The notes under the pieces: generated by a model
What the model saw: only the letters and a program-made list of their open reading frames with translations
Told to the model about the DNA's origin: nothing
The model's database searches: none
Shown here: positions 25,190 through 36,883 of the stretch, piece after piece
Layout of the letters: every line of letters begins with the position of its first letter
Numbering within the stretch: the first letter of the stretch is position 1
From: Octopus sinensis
Lineage: Eukaryota
Reading direction: 5' to 3'
Assembly (NCBI RefSeq): GCF_006345805.1
Contig: NC_043015.1
Span: 15,748,001-15,812,000, forward strand
Length of the DNA: 64,000 nucleotides
Translations under genes and position numbers: made by a program

Positions 25190-26143
25190 CTAGTTAAACA
25201 TGAAAATACTTTATAAGTAAGGTGCAAAAATGAAAGGTCATATCTTCGCCTATTCAACCCTATAGAACTCCTCACTTCACTCCAGTAGAAGTTTTGAGAG
25301 GATTTCGCCGAAGCACTACAAGATAACAAAAAGAAAAATACTTGTTACTTAAACAGTGACCTCTTCCCCCGCTGCTTAGTAGCAAGCAATACAACAAGAA
25401 AAGAATTTTCCAATTATGCCGAGTCGTTGAGAATGGGATGTTTTACCACTGTCGCAATATTGCAGAATATAGCTACAATGATAGAATTATGTAGCAGTAA
25501 CAGAAACTCATTTAAAGAACTGATAATTTGAAAACAATTCCAAGATTTTCACTATTTGCTTATATCTAAAATTAAAGGCTGTTTACTGACTGGATCCTCG
25601 ATACCAATGTTTCCACTGGTTTTGACAGTTGGGGAACTTTTCTATGTCTACACTTTATGCTTAGAAACAACTGGATGAATTGTCGACTCTGCTGGACTTC
25701 CTAAGCTGCAGTACTTTGGAAAGCAGAGCGGAAGCAGTAAATATTTTGTGAAATACAACAATTTACAATCTATAACTCATAAGGAATGAAGGGCAAAGTC
25801 GACCACAGCAGAATTTGCAATGAGAATGTAAAGAGAGAAAAACATGTCTCTTACAATTCAGGTCCTAAAGTTAGGGGGAGCGAGCACATAAAAAAAGACA
25901 TTTAAGTAACAATGTCATTATGTATGAAACTTACGACTACTGATATAGGTGTGACGTGAAAAAGATGAAACTCAACGGGATCATCCTGTGTCGTGAGATT
26001 ATGACATCAGGGTTTGTTTTGATCCTTCAGATGCCGACGGCCACCAACACATCAGAGGAGATTGAGCAGACAGTTCAAAAACGCTGGAGGTTGGCCAAAT
26101 AAAATAATGATTCCAGAAGGTTCTTCCAAGGCCATGCGATTAA

Positions 26144-26200
<57 letters not shown>

Positions 26201-28269
26201 GGACAGACAGACAGACAGACAGATTCGACTTTTATCGCACAAGTGAACTAAAGAATTAATAAGAATTGTTGAAAAAGCACCAACTTTGAAAAATGTGCCC
26301 GTGGAGACGGTCGCTCCCCCTATTAACAACGTTACTGACACCGCTAAGCAATTTGTCCGACGTTATCATGATTATTCTAGCTCACTGCCCAAGCATTTTA
26401 AATAATATATGACACTCACTTATTATAATTATTTATTTTCAAAACAAAATTAAGTAAGACTTGTGATTTATAGGGGACACATCTAATAAACTAAACCATA
26501 AGAGGTAAGTAATAAAAGAGTAGGTTTAACTATTTGCAATGTTTTCAACGTCGTAATTAACTACTGTGGGATTACATACAGTGATTAGAGAAAGTATTAG
26601 GACTTTGATCGAGCAAGGAAGAGAAATTTCTCCGATATTATATGGTTAGTTGAGCTTCGTCCACAGAAGTATAGCCACGAATAGCAATGGCTATTCTTTG
26701 GATATACTTCACTGTTTTTTCACAGCGGAGAAAGCAGCCTAGCTGAGTCTACAATCTGACTGGTCTCCATTATTTTTTCGGACAAATATTATTAACTAAT
26801 CCTTAATATTTTTCCAAATCACTGCTTTACTGTCGTTATTTTTTATGTTGAAAACTTTAGAAATAATCAAACCCACCTTTTAATTACTTAAATGTGGGTC
26901 AGCATCCCTTTATAATTAAATTATATAATGTGTGTTGACACGTCATATATTCAACAGAGCGTTTGAAAGCTGATAACAGGAACTGATTTTATTTATTTAT
27001 TCGACTAGGGCTTTAGATACACTTTGTAACAGACTTAACTGGATGTTGCCTGATGGTATTATTTACATATTCACACAGCACGAAATATTTCTGCGGGTGT
27101 ACGTTAACAAACGAAAGATGTAAACATTTTAAATGGGAACATTTTATTTAAACATTAGAGAGCCTGGTTACTTTAATTACCATAACAGACATAATAGACA
27201 TTCAAACTACACCATTCAATTTACCCTGTCATCTTGCTTGAGTCTTTCAAGGAATTTGTGAGCTTTTCTTTTCGATGAAACGGGAATATCTGGATGAACC
27301 AATCTATAAACGTTCAAATAATCGTGCTGAAATAGAAATTAAATATAAGTGTTTTAAAATTTAGTCAACGATAATTTGGCTAGAATAAATATCGTGGTAA
27401 ATATGTGAAATCATTACTATTCAACATAGAAACTTTATAATTACATATTGATTTTTTAAAGTTACTATGACTTGTGAATGGGCCTACTTCACATATTACA
27501 ATATATAACATGATTCTTATCCTTGGGTAACAACTATTATTTCCTATTTGCTATGTATGAAAAACGGCTAATATTTCCTTCAAACTTTACCTTTGCTGCA
27601 TTTATTCAAACCCCAAAGAATCCCTCTCAACACATAGCCATGATGCTCTCCCACTATTCTTGCTCATAATCAGAGACAAGTAAATCTGTGGTATAGAGCA
27701 GAATATTTGCGATAATATTTCTACTTCAGCAACCCAGCGTTGAATCTGTCTGAAATGTGATGGAAAACAGTTCTGTTTCAAAAACATCGATATCCAGATC
27801 ACAAAAGTAAATTTTGAAGGAAATAGTAATCATTTCCTTTGAGTTCTAGATAGAAGCAAATGGAAATAACGTTTACTGACCAAAGCAGAAAAAAATTTAT
27901 TACACAGTGTAATAAACTGAGAAAATTAGTTATCGCATAAGCAAGACAACAAAAGAACTTCTGTTTAGTTGTTTCATTTGCGCGAATTAACAACCAAATT
28001 TCAATCAATTGACAACCCACAATCTTATTCTAAAAACGAAATGTCTCGTTGAGCAATATAGGCCAAGGTATGAAATTCTTTTAATCATGTGCCTGCAAGA
28101 TCACAGCTGTCTTGAGACTAAACAACAACAATGTAAAATGTTTTAACAGAACTAAAGATATATTTCAAGTTCTGAAATTAGATATACAACATTCTGTGAC
28201 TCAAGATAACGATGATAGTTCGAGAAATGTAAAATATAATTAAATCAAAATTCTTCAGAAAATATTGAC

Positions 28270-28458
28270 CTTTGAGCCCAGATGGAAGCCATATTGTTTT
28301 GCCAAATCAGTTACGTTTCGTTTTGTTGAAATCAGTTCGAGAGCAAAGCTGTTGCTGTAGATAAATGAAGTCGAGTCACCATCTTGCGAAAATGAAAGAT
28401 GAAGGTTGATGCTTATCAATAGACATATTAACAAACTCAGAAACCAGTTAGCAGCCAT
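28270..28458 (-). CDS. Proprotein convertase coding exon 1: signal peptide + prodomain start
   Basis: ATG at 28458; 189 nt ending AAG|gtcaat. MAANWFLSLLICLLISINLHLSFS is a hydrophobic signal. YSNSFALEL...DLAKQYGFHLGSK resembles furin FTNTWAVRI...VARKHGFLNLGQ and has the same exon end. Confidence 0.75.
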
Positions 28459-28726
28459 TTTATCATTTATGTTGGACCTATCGAGAAAAAACATAACATA
28501 TATACAGAAACAGTCACGAAAATATGGGCTTCCCCACTCGATCACAAAAGAAATAAAACAATCATATCTAAAAATGATACACATTTTTTTGTTTTTGTTT
28601 ATTAAATAAAAAGGTTTCTGAAGACTGTAAATTATGCAGATATTCATATGGAGGCAGTTTGACAGCAAAAACAATTTTACCAACGAGCATATTAATTATT
28701 TAGACATTCCAATATTTTCTGGGGTT

Positions 28727-28935
28727 TGAAGGCAGCTAGCTGGCAGAATCGTTAGCATGCTGCGCGAAATACTTAACAGCATTTCGTCCGTCTTCACATT
28801 CTGAGATCAAATTCCATCGAGGTCGGTTTATTTTTATCCCTTTTGGGGTAGATAAAATAAATATCAGCTGAGCACTGGAGCCGATGTAATCAAATTAGCC
28901 CTCCCCGAAAGTGCGAAAACTTGAAATCAATATTT
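28727..28935 (+). mobile_element. SINE family B copy
   Basis: GAAGGCAGCTAGCTGGCAGAATCGTTAGCATGC...CTGAGATCAAATTCC...GAAATCAATA. Confidence 0.8.
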
Positions 28936-29433
28936 TGTGAGTTTTGTGAACGAGTAAGAAACTGGAACAGAGACAGACAAAAATAAAAAAACCTTGATAA
29001 TTTCGGTTTACTGGAACCCCAGGTCATTAATTAAAAAATTATTGTAATAAAGAGATAATTTAAATTTTGCTAGTTTTGAAGATTGTGTTTTTTAAATATC
29101 TTTTTAAAGATATCTAAAACGATACACCTTAAAAATGATAACACATCTGTCCCTCACACTAATACGCGTGCGTTTGTGAGTGTGTGGGGGGGATGCGCGC
29201 GTGTGTATGCGTTTGTGCGTGCGCGTGCGTTTACATGTATGTATATATGTGTGTATGTATTATAATCAAAACTCACTTGTTCATTCTGTTTCCATACCAA
29301 AATTATTAGAAACAATAGATATTAAAAAGAACAATTAAATAATATATATTAAAAACGAAAAATGCTTCCTCGTCCCCCACTTTGAAAATAAATGATAATT
29401 ATAATTATTAAAATTGATAAACGTGATATTTAA

Positions 29434-29651
29434 CCCTTTAGCATCTCTTATATGTATCCCTCTTATAAGTATCATGTGAAAATATATACTACCTGTTTTA
29501 AGGGCAAACTGGCCAGATCCAGCCTCTCGCTGTCATTCTAAAAATAAACAATCACTTCATCAGAATCTCAAAGCTATGAGATAATCCCTGATTAATTCAA
29601 AGCAATGTGAATAAATGAGCATTGCATTCGAGTAATCTGAATGCTAAGGGG
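29434..29651. mobile_element. Non-autonomous piggyBac-like MITE
   Basis: TTAA|CCCTTTAGCAT...ATGCTAAGGGG|TTAA: TTAA target duplication (29430-33, 29652-55) with CCC/GGG termini. Confidence 0.8.
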
Positions 29652-30699
29652 TTAAACTATATATACTGGAAAACAGAAAAGAACGTTTTATAAAATCTGA
29701 TCCTTGAAAACATAGCATCCAAAGCATATCCGTCAGCCTCCTTTACACCATACAAATTCGATTAAATACTCTGACAGCATGTTAGCTATTGTACCATAAT
29801 AGTTCTGTATTTCCATCTTCGCTTTCTATCACCTACTCCTCACATGGTTTGTAACAGATTCATTTATTGGATTTAAAAAAAATTGCCTCAAACATTGTCT
29901 GTGCGATGGTTGTGCCTTACCAAATAAAGATTATAGCTAGCACGTATGCTGCCCGTCTATTAGACTATAAAGAGGAGCCTAACACGATATAATCTAGAAT
30001 TATTGACAACAACAATGTTTCGTCCATTTGCAGCGTCTCTAATAAAATTCCAAGCACAAAGATAACTTACAACATTTTAAGCATTCATATTTTCCGTACC
30101 ACATATCCAACGAAATACTTCTTGCAAATATACTATTGTCAATCTCTACAACGAAACCAATTCATGCATTTTCATCAGAAACCTAAGTTTGGAAGTTTCC
30201 TAATGTGTTCCATTTCTTAGCCTTATTCTTCAAGCATCATTTACGTGAGTTCGTCTTTTCTACCCCATTACAGAATAGCAGTTATTATATTCCTTTCGAA
30301 ATGGAGGACAGCTTTATATCTAGGGGAAATTTACACTGCATTCTTCTTTATCACCAACTCTGATAACAAATCGTCAGTGGTTTGAAGAATTTTTGAAACG
30401 GTCCGTTCTTAAAATAGAATGATCATGCAAGGAATAACACCAATAAATATTTTTCAAATGAGTATTGCAGCATTCACATTCATCTTAAGTAGACGAGGAA
30501 GACACAAAAATTGCCAACAGTCGATGGCTTGGAGAAAGTTTTCCCAATTAAATAATTTAAAGTTATAAAGTATTTAAATAAGTGTTTTATGTGTATATAT
30601 GCGTGTGTGTGAGTGTGTGTGTGTGTGTATAGATATATATATGTATATATACTAATATATATAATATATATATTTGCATATGTGGGCACAGGACGTCAC

Positions 30700-30720
30700 A
30701 AAATGTGCATATATACGTAT

Positions 30721-30766
<46 letters not shown>

Positions 30767-30781
30767 GTATATATATATATG

Positions 30782-30859
<78 letters not shown>

Positions 30860-30880
30860 TATATATATATATATATATAA
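30700..30880. repeat. (TA)n microsatellite
   Basis: Seen directly. Confidence 0.95.
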
Positions 30881-31090
30881 TATTTCAATAGGTGAATGAA
30901 TTATCCTATGTTTATCGTCAGCATGAAAAATTCGTTGAACCGATACCAGGGTAGCAAATTCGCGTCAGAAACACGGTTGAAGCAACCTGTCCAAGGGTTG
31001 AAACTCCGGGTTCATTTGCAGAAATTTGTGTGTTATATATGAATAAATGAAAGAATAGAGTCGAACGAAGATGTTAACAAAATTCCTTTA

Positions 31091-31172
31091 CTCTCGACAT
31101 ATGTTTCGAAGACCACATGGTTTCATTCCAAAGTAATAAAGGGTGTATGATGCAATCTTTTCATCAGGAAAG
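31091..31172 (-). ncRNA. Type-I hammerhead ribozyme, left arm (CUGAUGA core, A-C mismatch at stem II base)
   Basis: Minus strand reads cuuuc-CUGAUGA-aaagauugca...uguggucuuc-GAAAC-auau-GUC-gagag. Confidence 0.7.
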
Positions 31173-31328
31173 AAAGGGAGCCTCTCTCGGCAAGAAGACA
31201 AACAAAAATTTCGATGACTGTCTACATGGTAAACAAAACGACAATAAGTCGACTTATTGTCGTTTTGTTTACCATGTAGATAGTAATCGAAATTTTTGTT
31301 TGTCTTGTTGCCGAGAGGGGCTCTCTTT

Positions 31329-31410
31329 CTTTCCTGAAGAGAAGATTGCATCATACACCCTTTATTCCTTTGGAATGAAACCATGTGGTCTTCGAAACAT
31401 ATGTCGAGAG
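31329..31410 (+). ncRNA. Type-I hammerhead ribozyme with fully canonical predicted fold
   Basis: Stem I cuuuc (31329-33)/gagag (31406-10); core CUGAAGA (31334-40); 10-bp stem II gaagauugca/uguggucuuc closed by G-C; GAAA (31394-97); palindromic stem III ACAUAUGU; GUC cleavage triplet at 31403-05. Confidence 0.85.
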
Positions 31411-31452
31411 TAAAGGAATTTTGTTAACATCTTCGTTCGACTCCATTCTTTC

Positions 31453-31455
<3 letters not shown>

Positions 31456-31506
<51 letters not shown>

Positions 31507-31522
31507 ATATATAGATAGATAT

Positions 31523-31569
<47 letters not shown>

Positions 31570-31737
31570 TATAGATAGATAGATATATATATATATGTAG
31601 ATATATATATACGTATATAGATATGTGTGTGTGTGTGTATATAGATGCATATATATCTATGTATATATAGATATATATATATATATATGCATATATATAC
31701 ATATGTATATATATACGTATATATATGTATTTATATA

Positions 31738-31793
<56 letters not shown>

Positions 31794-31860
31794 TACACAT
31801 ATATATATACATATGTGCATATACACATAGATATACATTTATACATATATATGTATATAA
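31456..31860. repeat. Compound (TA)n/(TAGA)n microsatellite
   Basis: Seen directly. Confidence 0.95.
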
Positions 31861-31959
31861 AGTTAATCCAAACAAGAAAGCACAAAAAAACACAACAACG
31901 CGAGGACGTGGAACAAATATAGTATTATTGGACGCTCAGGAAAGAAGGAAAGAAGGAGG

Positions 31960-31994
31960 GTTTAATGTTTCGAGCGGAGCTCTTCGTCGGAAAC
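31960..31994 (-). ncRNA. Relic minimal hammerhead motif in a PLE-type repeat (two core substitutions)
   Basis: Minus strand reads guuu-CCGACGAA-gagc-ucc-gcuc-GAAACAUU-aaac. It would be canonical if read as CUGACGA..GAAACGUU. Confidence 0.45.
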
Positions 31995-32256
31995 ATAGGA
32001 GAAGGAAAGATCCAGAGAAGGGAAGACAGAGGGAAAAAATCGCCAACGGTACACACGCGGTCACATTTTGTTTATATATGTATACATACAAATATATATA
32101 TATATGTATATATACATATACATATATGTATATATATACATGTATATATATATGTATATATATACATGTATATATATATACATATATATATATACATGTA
32201 TAATTATATATGCATATATATAATTATACATAAGCATATCATATATATGCATATGT

Positions 32257-32580
32257 AAAGGCGCATGGCTCAGTGGTTAGAGCGTCGAGATTACGATCGT
32301 GAGGTTGTGAGTTCGAATCCCGGACCAGGATGCGTATTGTGTTCTTGAGCAAGACATTTTATTTCACGTTGCTCCAGTTCACTCAGCTGTAGAAATGAGT
32401 TGAGACGTCACAGATGCCAAGCTGTATCGGTCTTTGCCTTTCCCTTGGATAACACAGGTAGCGTGGAGAGGGGAGGCTGGTATGCATGGGCGACTGCTGG
32501 TCTTCCATAAACAACCTTGCCCGGACTTGTGCCTGGGAGGGTAACTTTCTAGGTGCAATCCCATAGTCTATGTAGTGACC
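32257..32580 (+). mobile_element. tRNA-derived SINE, family C
   Basis: GGCGCATGGCTCAGTGGTTAGAGCGTCGAGATTACGATCGTGAGGTTGTGAGTTCGAATCCCGG has clear box A/B; the body matches 8536. Confidence 0.85.
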
Positions 32581-32609
32581 TCAGAATATATGCATATATG
32601 CATATATAC

Positions 32610-33127
32610 GTATGACTGACTTTGTATTAACTCGGAAAGCTGACTTACAAGATTTGCGCAATCTCAGAGTATTGCGAGGTGTTGATTGTGATACTGATCA
32701 CAAAATAGTTAGGGCTAAGTTCAAGTTCAGGGTCCGTAAGAAGATTCATAGTGCAGGTGTACGAGTACCAAAGAAAATTGATGCAGAGCAGCTAAAATAA
32801 CCACAAGTTTTGCAGTTGCTTCAGAAGAAATGCAGCAATGTTCATTTTGAAGGTACATGGCCATGTTTTCGCGATGAAATATGTAAAATGGGATCAGAGG
32901 TGTTAGGTTTTAAGAGGAGACAGCAAACGAGACTGCTTTGAATCCAATGATACAGTGATAAATGAGTTTTTAGCAACAAAGAGGTCCACTCATGAAAAGC
33001 TTCTTGACCCAAACGTTAAGAACAAAGTGCAAATAGAAAAGTTGTGCAAGTCTCAGAAAGCAGACTTGCAAAAAGAACTCAGGAGGCTTAAAGACACTTG
33101 GTGGAGAAATTTGTCTGAGGAAGAAAT
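32610..33127 (+). mobile_element. RTE-clade LINE fragment (end of APE domain + linker)
   Basis: DFVLTRKADLQD..NLRVLRGVDCDTDHKIVRAKF ... LR.LKDTWW.NLSEE, typical of the RTE/BovB APE C-terminus. Confidence 0.75.
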
Positions 33128-33745
33128 CTCGACGTGCATCTGAAAACGAAGATCAAAGAAATGCACGACGTGCAGACAGCCAACAAAGAATGGCAGTTCG
33201 ACGTGCAGCAGAAAACGAAGACGAAAGAAATGCACGACTTGCAGTTGGTCGTCTTCGAAGAGCATCACATCGTATACAAAAATCAACACAAGAAACTGCA
33301 AATAGACGTTAAAGGGAGCGATTCAGGCACAATGAAGGAAGGTCACGTCAGCAATGGCGTCTTGTTGTTTTCAATTACAACCCCAGTCATTGCTATGAAT
33401 CTGAAATTGGCTCAATGTCTCACCAATTCTATTACTGTAGTGGGAAAAAATGGTTAAATGAACCACCTGCATTATACTGCACGAGGGGGGAAATTATGCT
33501 GCCTTTCTTTCCTGATCCACTTGAAAAACTGAAAAATTTTCTTCATGGAAGTTCCCCCCATTCAAAGCATTTTCTAAAAAAAATACAACACTAAAATAAT
33601 GCTTTGCAAATGACTTCATTTGGAGCTGATATTGTGAATATTTGCCCACATTCAAAATCCAACGGCAAGTATATCATTGAATTGGTGGCATTTTACCACC
33701 AGAAAATGAAGACCATAAATTTTTGCAAGTTTATTTGAAGCTGAA
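33128..33745 (+). mobile_element. Helitron Rep-helicase N-terminal fragment, decayed
   Basis: RRASENEDQRNARRA / RRAAENEDERNARLA repeats, then EIGSM...KWLNEPPALYC..GEIMLP..PDP...LHGSSPHSKHFLK.I..NNALQMTSFGA...IGGILPPENEDHKFLQVY. Confidence 0.85.
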
Positions 33746-34092
33746 ACGAGGTATAATCTTTACTTTGACATAATACAACAAATGCTTCGAAGCAATAATA
33801 ATATATCAGAAGTTTCAAATGAAAACAAAATCAAGTTCATCTATGAAATAGATATTTTTTCTACTACAATTATTACATATTTTTCTCCAATAAAAATACA
33901 CACATACTGGAAAAGTAAATTATATATATATATAATAATACATTTAATGTGGCTCCCGAGAAACAGTGTAAGTAATTACCCGATCATGTATTTGTATATA
34001 CGGGTATTACTGCTAGTATATATATATACAACGGTGGTAACCCAGCATGGCCGCAGCCTTCGGGCTGAAACATTTTTAAGGATTTAAGGATT

Positions 34093-34181
<89 letters not shown>

Positions 34182-34330
34182 ATGTATGTATGTATGTACA
34201 TATATGTATATATACATTTGATATATATATATATGCATATCTATCTATATATATATCATTTATATACATACACACACACACTCACACACACATATATATA
34301 CACATATATATGTATATACATACATATCTA
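34093..34330. repeat. (TA)n/(TG)n/(CA)n microsatellite block
   Basis: Seen directly. Confidence 0.95.
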
Positions 34331-34391
34331 CAAATGTGTCTGTTTTATTTTGAGCAAGGGAGTGAACCACACCCACTCCAGCAAAACAAAA

Positions 34392-34435
34392 CCAGTGGAC
34401 TGATTTCAGGGTTCCTTCCCATCCTCAGTACTGAA
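34392..34435 (-). ncRNA. Minimal type-I hammerhead-like motif
   Basis: ucagua-CUGAGGA-uggg-gaaggaa-cccu-GAAAU-ca-GUC-cacugg. Confidence 0.6.
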
Positions 34436-34702
34436 CGTTTGCCTGCTAGAGATGGCAGCTATTCGTCCTTGCTCACAATATATACACAAAGATGCGACTA
34501 TCGGTCGCTGATTTTGCGACAAGCTGGTTTTAAATCTCTCAAAGAGATTCACATAGTAACAGTACTAAACAGTAAAGGTTGTTACCACTTTTACGTAAGT
34601 GTTCCATGCAAAACAAGTGTTACTATACTTTAATCCAAGAAAAACATCTTTCCCCGCTGGCTACCGACGGACGAATGGTTGTTATCTCTAGTAGTCAAAC
34701 TT

Positions 34703-34745
34703 CCAGTAATGAGGACGAGAAGGAACCCTGAAACCGGTCAACTGG
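34703..34745 (+). ncRNA. Minimal hammerhead-like motif, degenerate core (C3A)
   Basis: ccagua-AUGAGGA-cgag-aaggaa-cccu-GAAAC-cg-GUC-aacugg, with palindromic stem III ACCGGU. Confidence 0.5.
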
Positions 34746-34984
34746 TTCTGCTTTGCTACAGTGGTTTGCTCCCTTGCTCACAATAAATCAGACACAGGTC
34801 GTGTGTCGATAGCCAGAGGGACAAAATATTTTTCTGGGGTTAAAATATAGTAACACTTGTTCTGCAAGTGATAACAGCCTTTATCGTTTAGTTCTGTTAC
34901 TATATGCATTTCTTTCAGAGATTTAAAACCAGCCACTTCAGCTTGTTGCAAGATTAGCGACTGATAGCTTCTTCTTTGTTTAAA

Positions 34985-36123
34985 TTGGGTCATCCCATAA
35001 ATAATGCGGGTTTTTCCATCCTTTTTTATTTTTCAAAATTAAGATAAACAAAGTTCTTTTTTAATCTAAAATCTACTCTCCTTCATTTTCTACAATGATC
35101 TTCCATCTATCTGGTAGACTTACAAAGCCCCGCTTCCAAAATTCACTTATCCGTGACGAAAAGTACTCCTCCAGTACTGTTCTCACTCAGAATTCCTATT
35201 TTTTCCGTCCAAATGATTATGTAGGCTGCAGAATAAATGATAATTAGATGGGCAATGTCCGGCGAATATGGTGGGTGGAGCATCATTTCCCATTCAAACT
35301 GCTCCAGCCTTTGGAATGTCATCCTCGCTGTATGTGACTGAACATTATCCTGATGGAAGAACACCTTTCGCCTTGAAACCAAAGATGGTCGTTTTTCTTC
35401 TAGTGCTCACTTAAGCCGCTCAAGCTGCTCACGGTAGATCTCCTTAGTTATCGTTTGGTTTGGGTTTAAAAGTTCAGTGAACTAAACCTTTCATATCCCA
35501 CCAAACAGATAACACCATATGTGGGTGAAGACCTTCTTTAACCTGGGGTGTCGGTGTTTCTCCTTTCCCTACCCACTGTCTTCGGCTCTTGACATTTTAA
35601 TAGAGAACCCATTTGGACCAAAAAATATTCATTCGTGAGACGAGACAGCAAAGAAGAGCGCACGTTCACTGCTAGCTCCTTAACAGTTATGATGGGATTT
35701 TGTTCCACCAGGTTTTACAGGGCGTCCTCGCCGTGCTCTACAGATCTTTCAGGACGAGGCTTTTCTTCTAGGCTGTAGTTTCCAGCTCGGAACTTCTGAA
35801 ACCACCGTTGACATTGGCTTACGCTTATTGTCCGATACCCATATACTGCATTAATATTCCTCGCACTTTCCGTAGCGTTGTTGCCTTTATTGAACTCATA
35901 AAGCAAAATATGTCGAATATGCTCCTTTGTCACTTCCATTATAGCTTTGAAAAAATAACTGTTCAAATCGAACTGTACTCTTCAAAACTTGCACTAAGAA
36001 TAAGCACAAAGTAAAATTACTACCTGCTTTTATAGCAAGTTTAGGCAGGGAGATTATGCTGCTCCCTCCAACTTTTAGTTCGTGCAATTGAAAAAAACCG
36101 CATTATTTATGGAATGACACAAT
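34985..36123 (-). mobile_element. Mariner transposon with both TIRs, internally deleted and frameshifted
   Basis: TIRs ATTGGGTCATCCCATAAATAATGCGGGTTTTT (34985) and AAAAACCGCATTATTTATGGAATGACACAAT (to 36123). Protein pieces are MEVTKEHIRHILLYEFNKG..ATESARNI, FHQDNVQSHT and HPPYSPDIA. Confidence 0.92.
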
Positions 36124-36339
36124 ATAGTGTGAGCAAAATATAGTAACAATTGTTCTGCATGGAACAGCCACGTAAAAGTGATAACAGCCCTTATATTTTC
36201 ATTGTTTCTCATTAAGATACAAGGTCAGTAATTTTAAGGGTAGCATATTAGTCGATGAGATTGCCTTCAGTACCTGGCTGAAAAGATAAAAGGCCCTCCA
36301 AAGTACACTTTCAAAGGTAAGATAAAACCACATCCTAAA

Positions 36340-36540
36340 TATCGGTTTCAAATTTTAGCACAAGGCTAGCAATTTAGGGGGTGCTAAGTAGATTACATGA
36401 CTCCGGTGCTCAAATGATACTTATTTCATCGACCCCGAAAGGACGAAAGGCAAAGTCGACTCCGGAGATATTTGAACCCTGAACATAAAGACGGGCGAAA
36501 TGTCACTAGCTATTGTGCCCGATTCTGCTAGCTTACCACC
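36340..36540 (-). mobile_element. SINE family B copy
   Basis: Reverse complement contains GGTAAGCTAGCAGAATC...GACTTTGCCTTTCGTCCTTTCGGGGTCGATGAAATAAGTA. Confidence 0.75.
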
Positions 36541-36851
36541 TTTCACATCCTAGATGTTATCTGCCCTCGTATTCATCATCTCTCCACGGATTCAAACCAT
36601 GTTACTAAAATCAACCATGTCACAACCAGCTTGATGAGGTCGCATTTATGGGTCACTTGACTTGCTAGAAAAAACAGTTAAATCTCCCTCAATCTATATC
36701 CTATCGTCTTGAAAAAAAAAAGAGATTGAACAAAGTAAGCTTAGATATAGAAAACAAAATGGTCATGGATGAAATGTCATAGATGGCTTCGACGAAGCAA
36801 AAACCACCCTGACCATCTTAAACACAATCGACAAGAACAATGTGAAAATGA

Positions 36852-36883
<32 letters not shown>

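Larger units (their letters stand above)
31046..31455. repeat. 410-bp spacerless near-perfect palindrome (205-bp arms) centred on GTC|GAC at 31250/31251
   Basis: The arms are reverse complements with scattered substitutions. The mirror-image ORFs 31088..31384(-) and 31117..31413(+) confirm this. Confidence 0.95.
34350..34975. repeat. Interleaved inverted repeats A(rc)-B-A-B(rc) around a 305-nt monomer, HHR-bearing
   Basis: 34350-34468 is inverted to 34660-34785. 34490-34660 is inverted to about 34800-34975. CCTTGCTCACAATA is a direct repeat at 34467 and 34772. Confidence 0.75.

Noticed and set aside
30975-31015. TTGAAGC-AACC..GGTT-GAAAC-TCCGG-GTT next to the palindrome
   Set aside because: Two core mismatches and no stem I pairing.
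31088-31413. Two similar 98-aa ORFs on opposite strands
   Set aside because: A trivial consequence of the palindrome; no protein homology.
32257-32330. tRNA genes at SINE heads (also 1160, 8536, 54751, 58800)
   Set aside because: Box A/B-like motifs continue into shared SINE bodies and do not close a cloverleaf acceptor stem.
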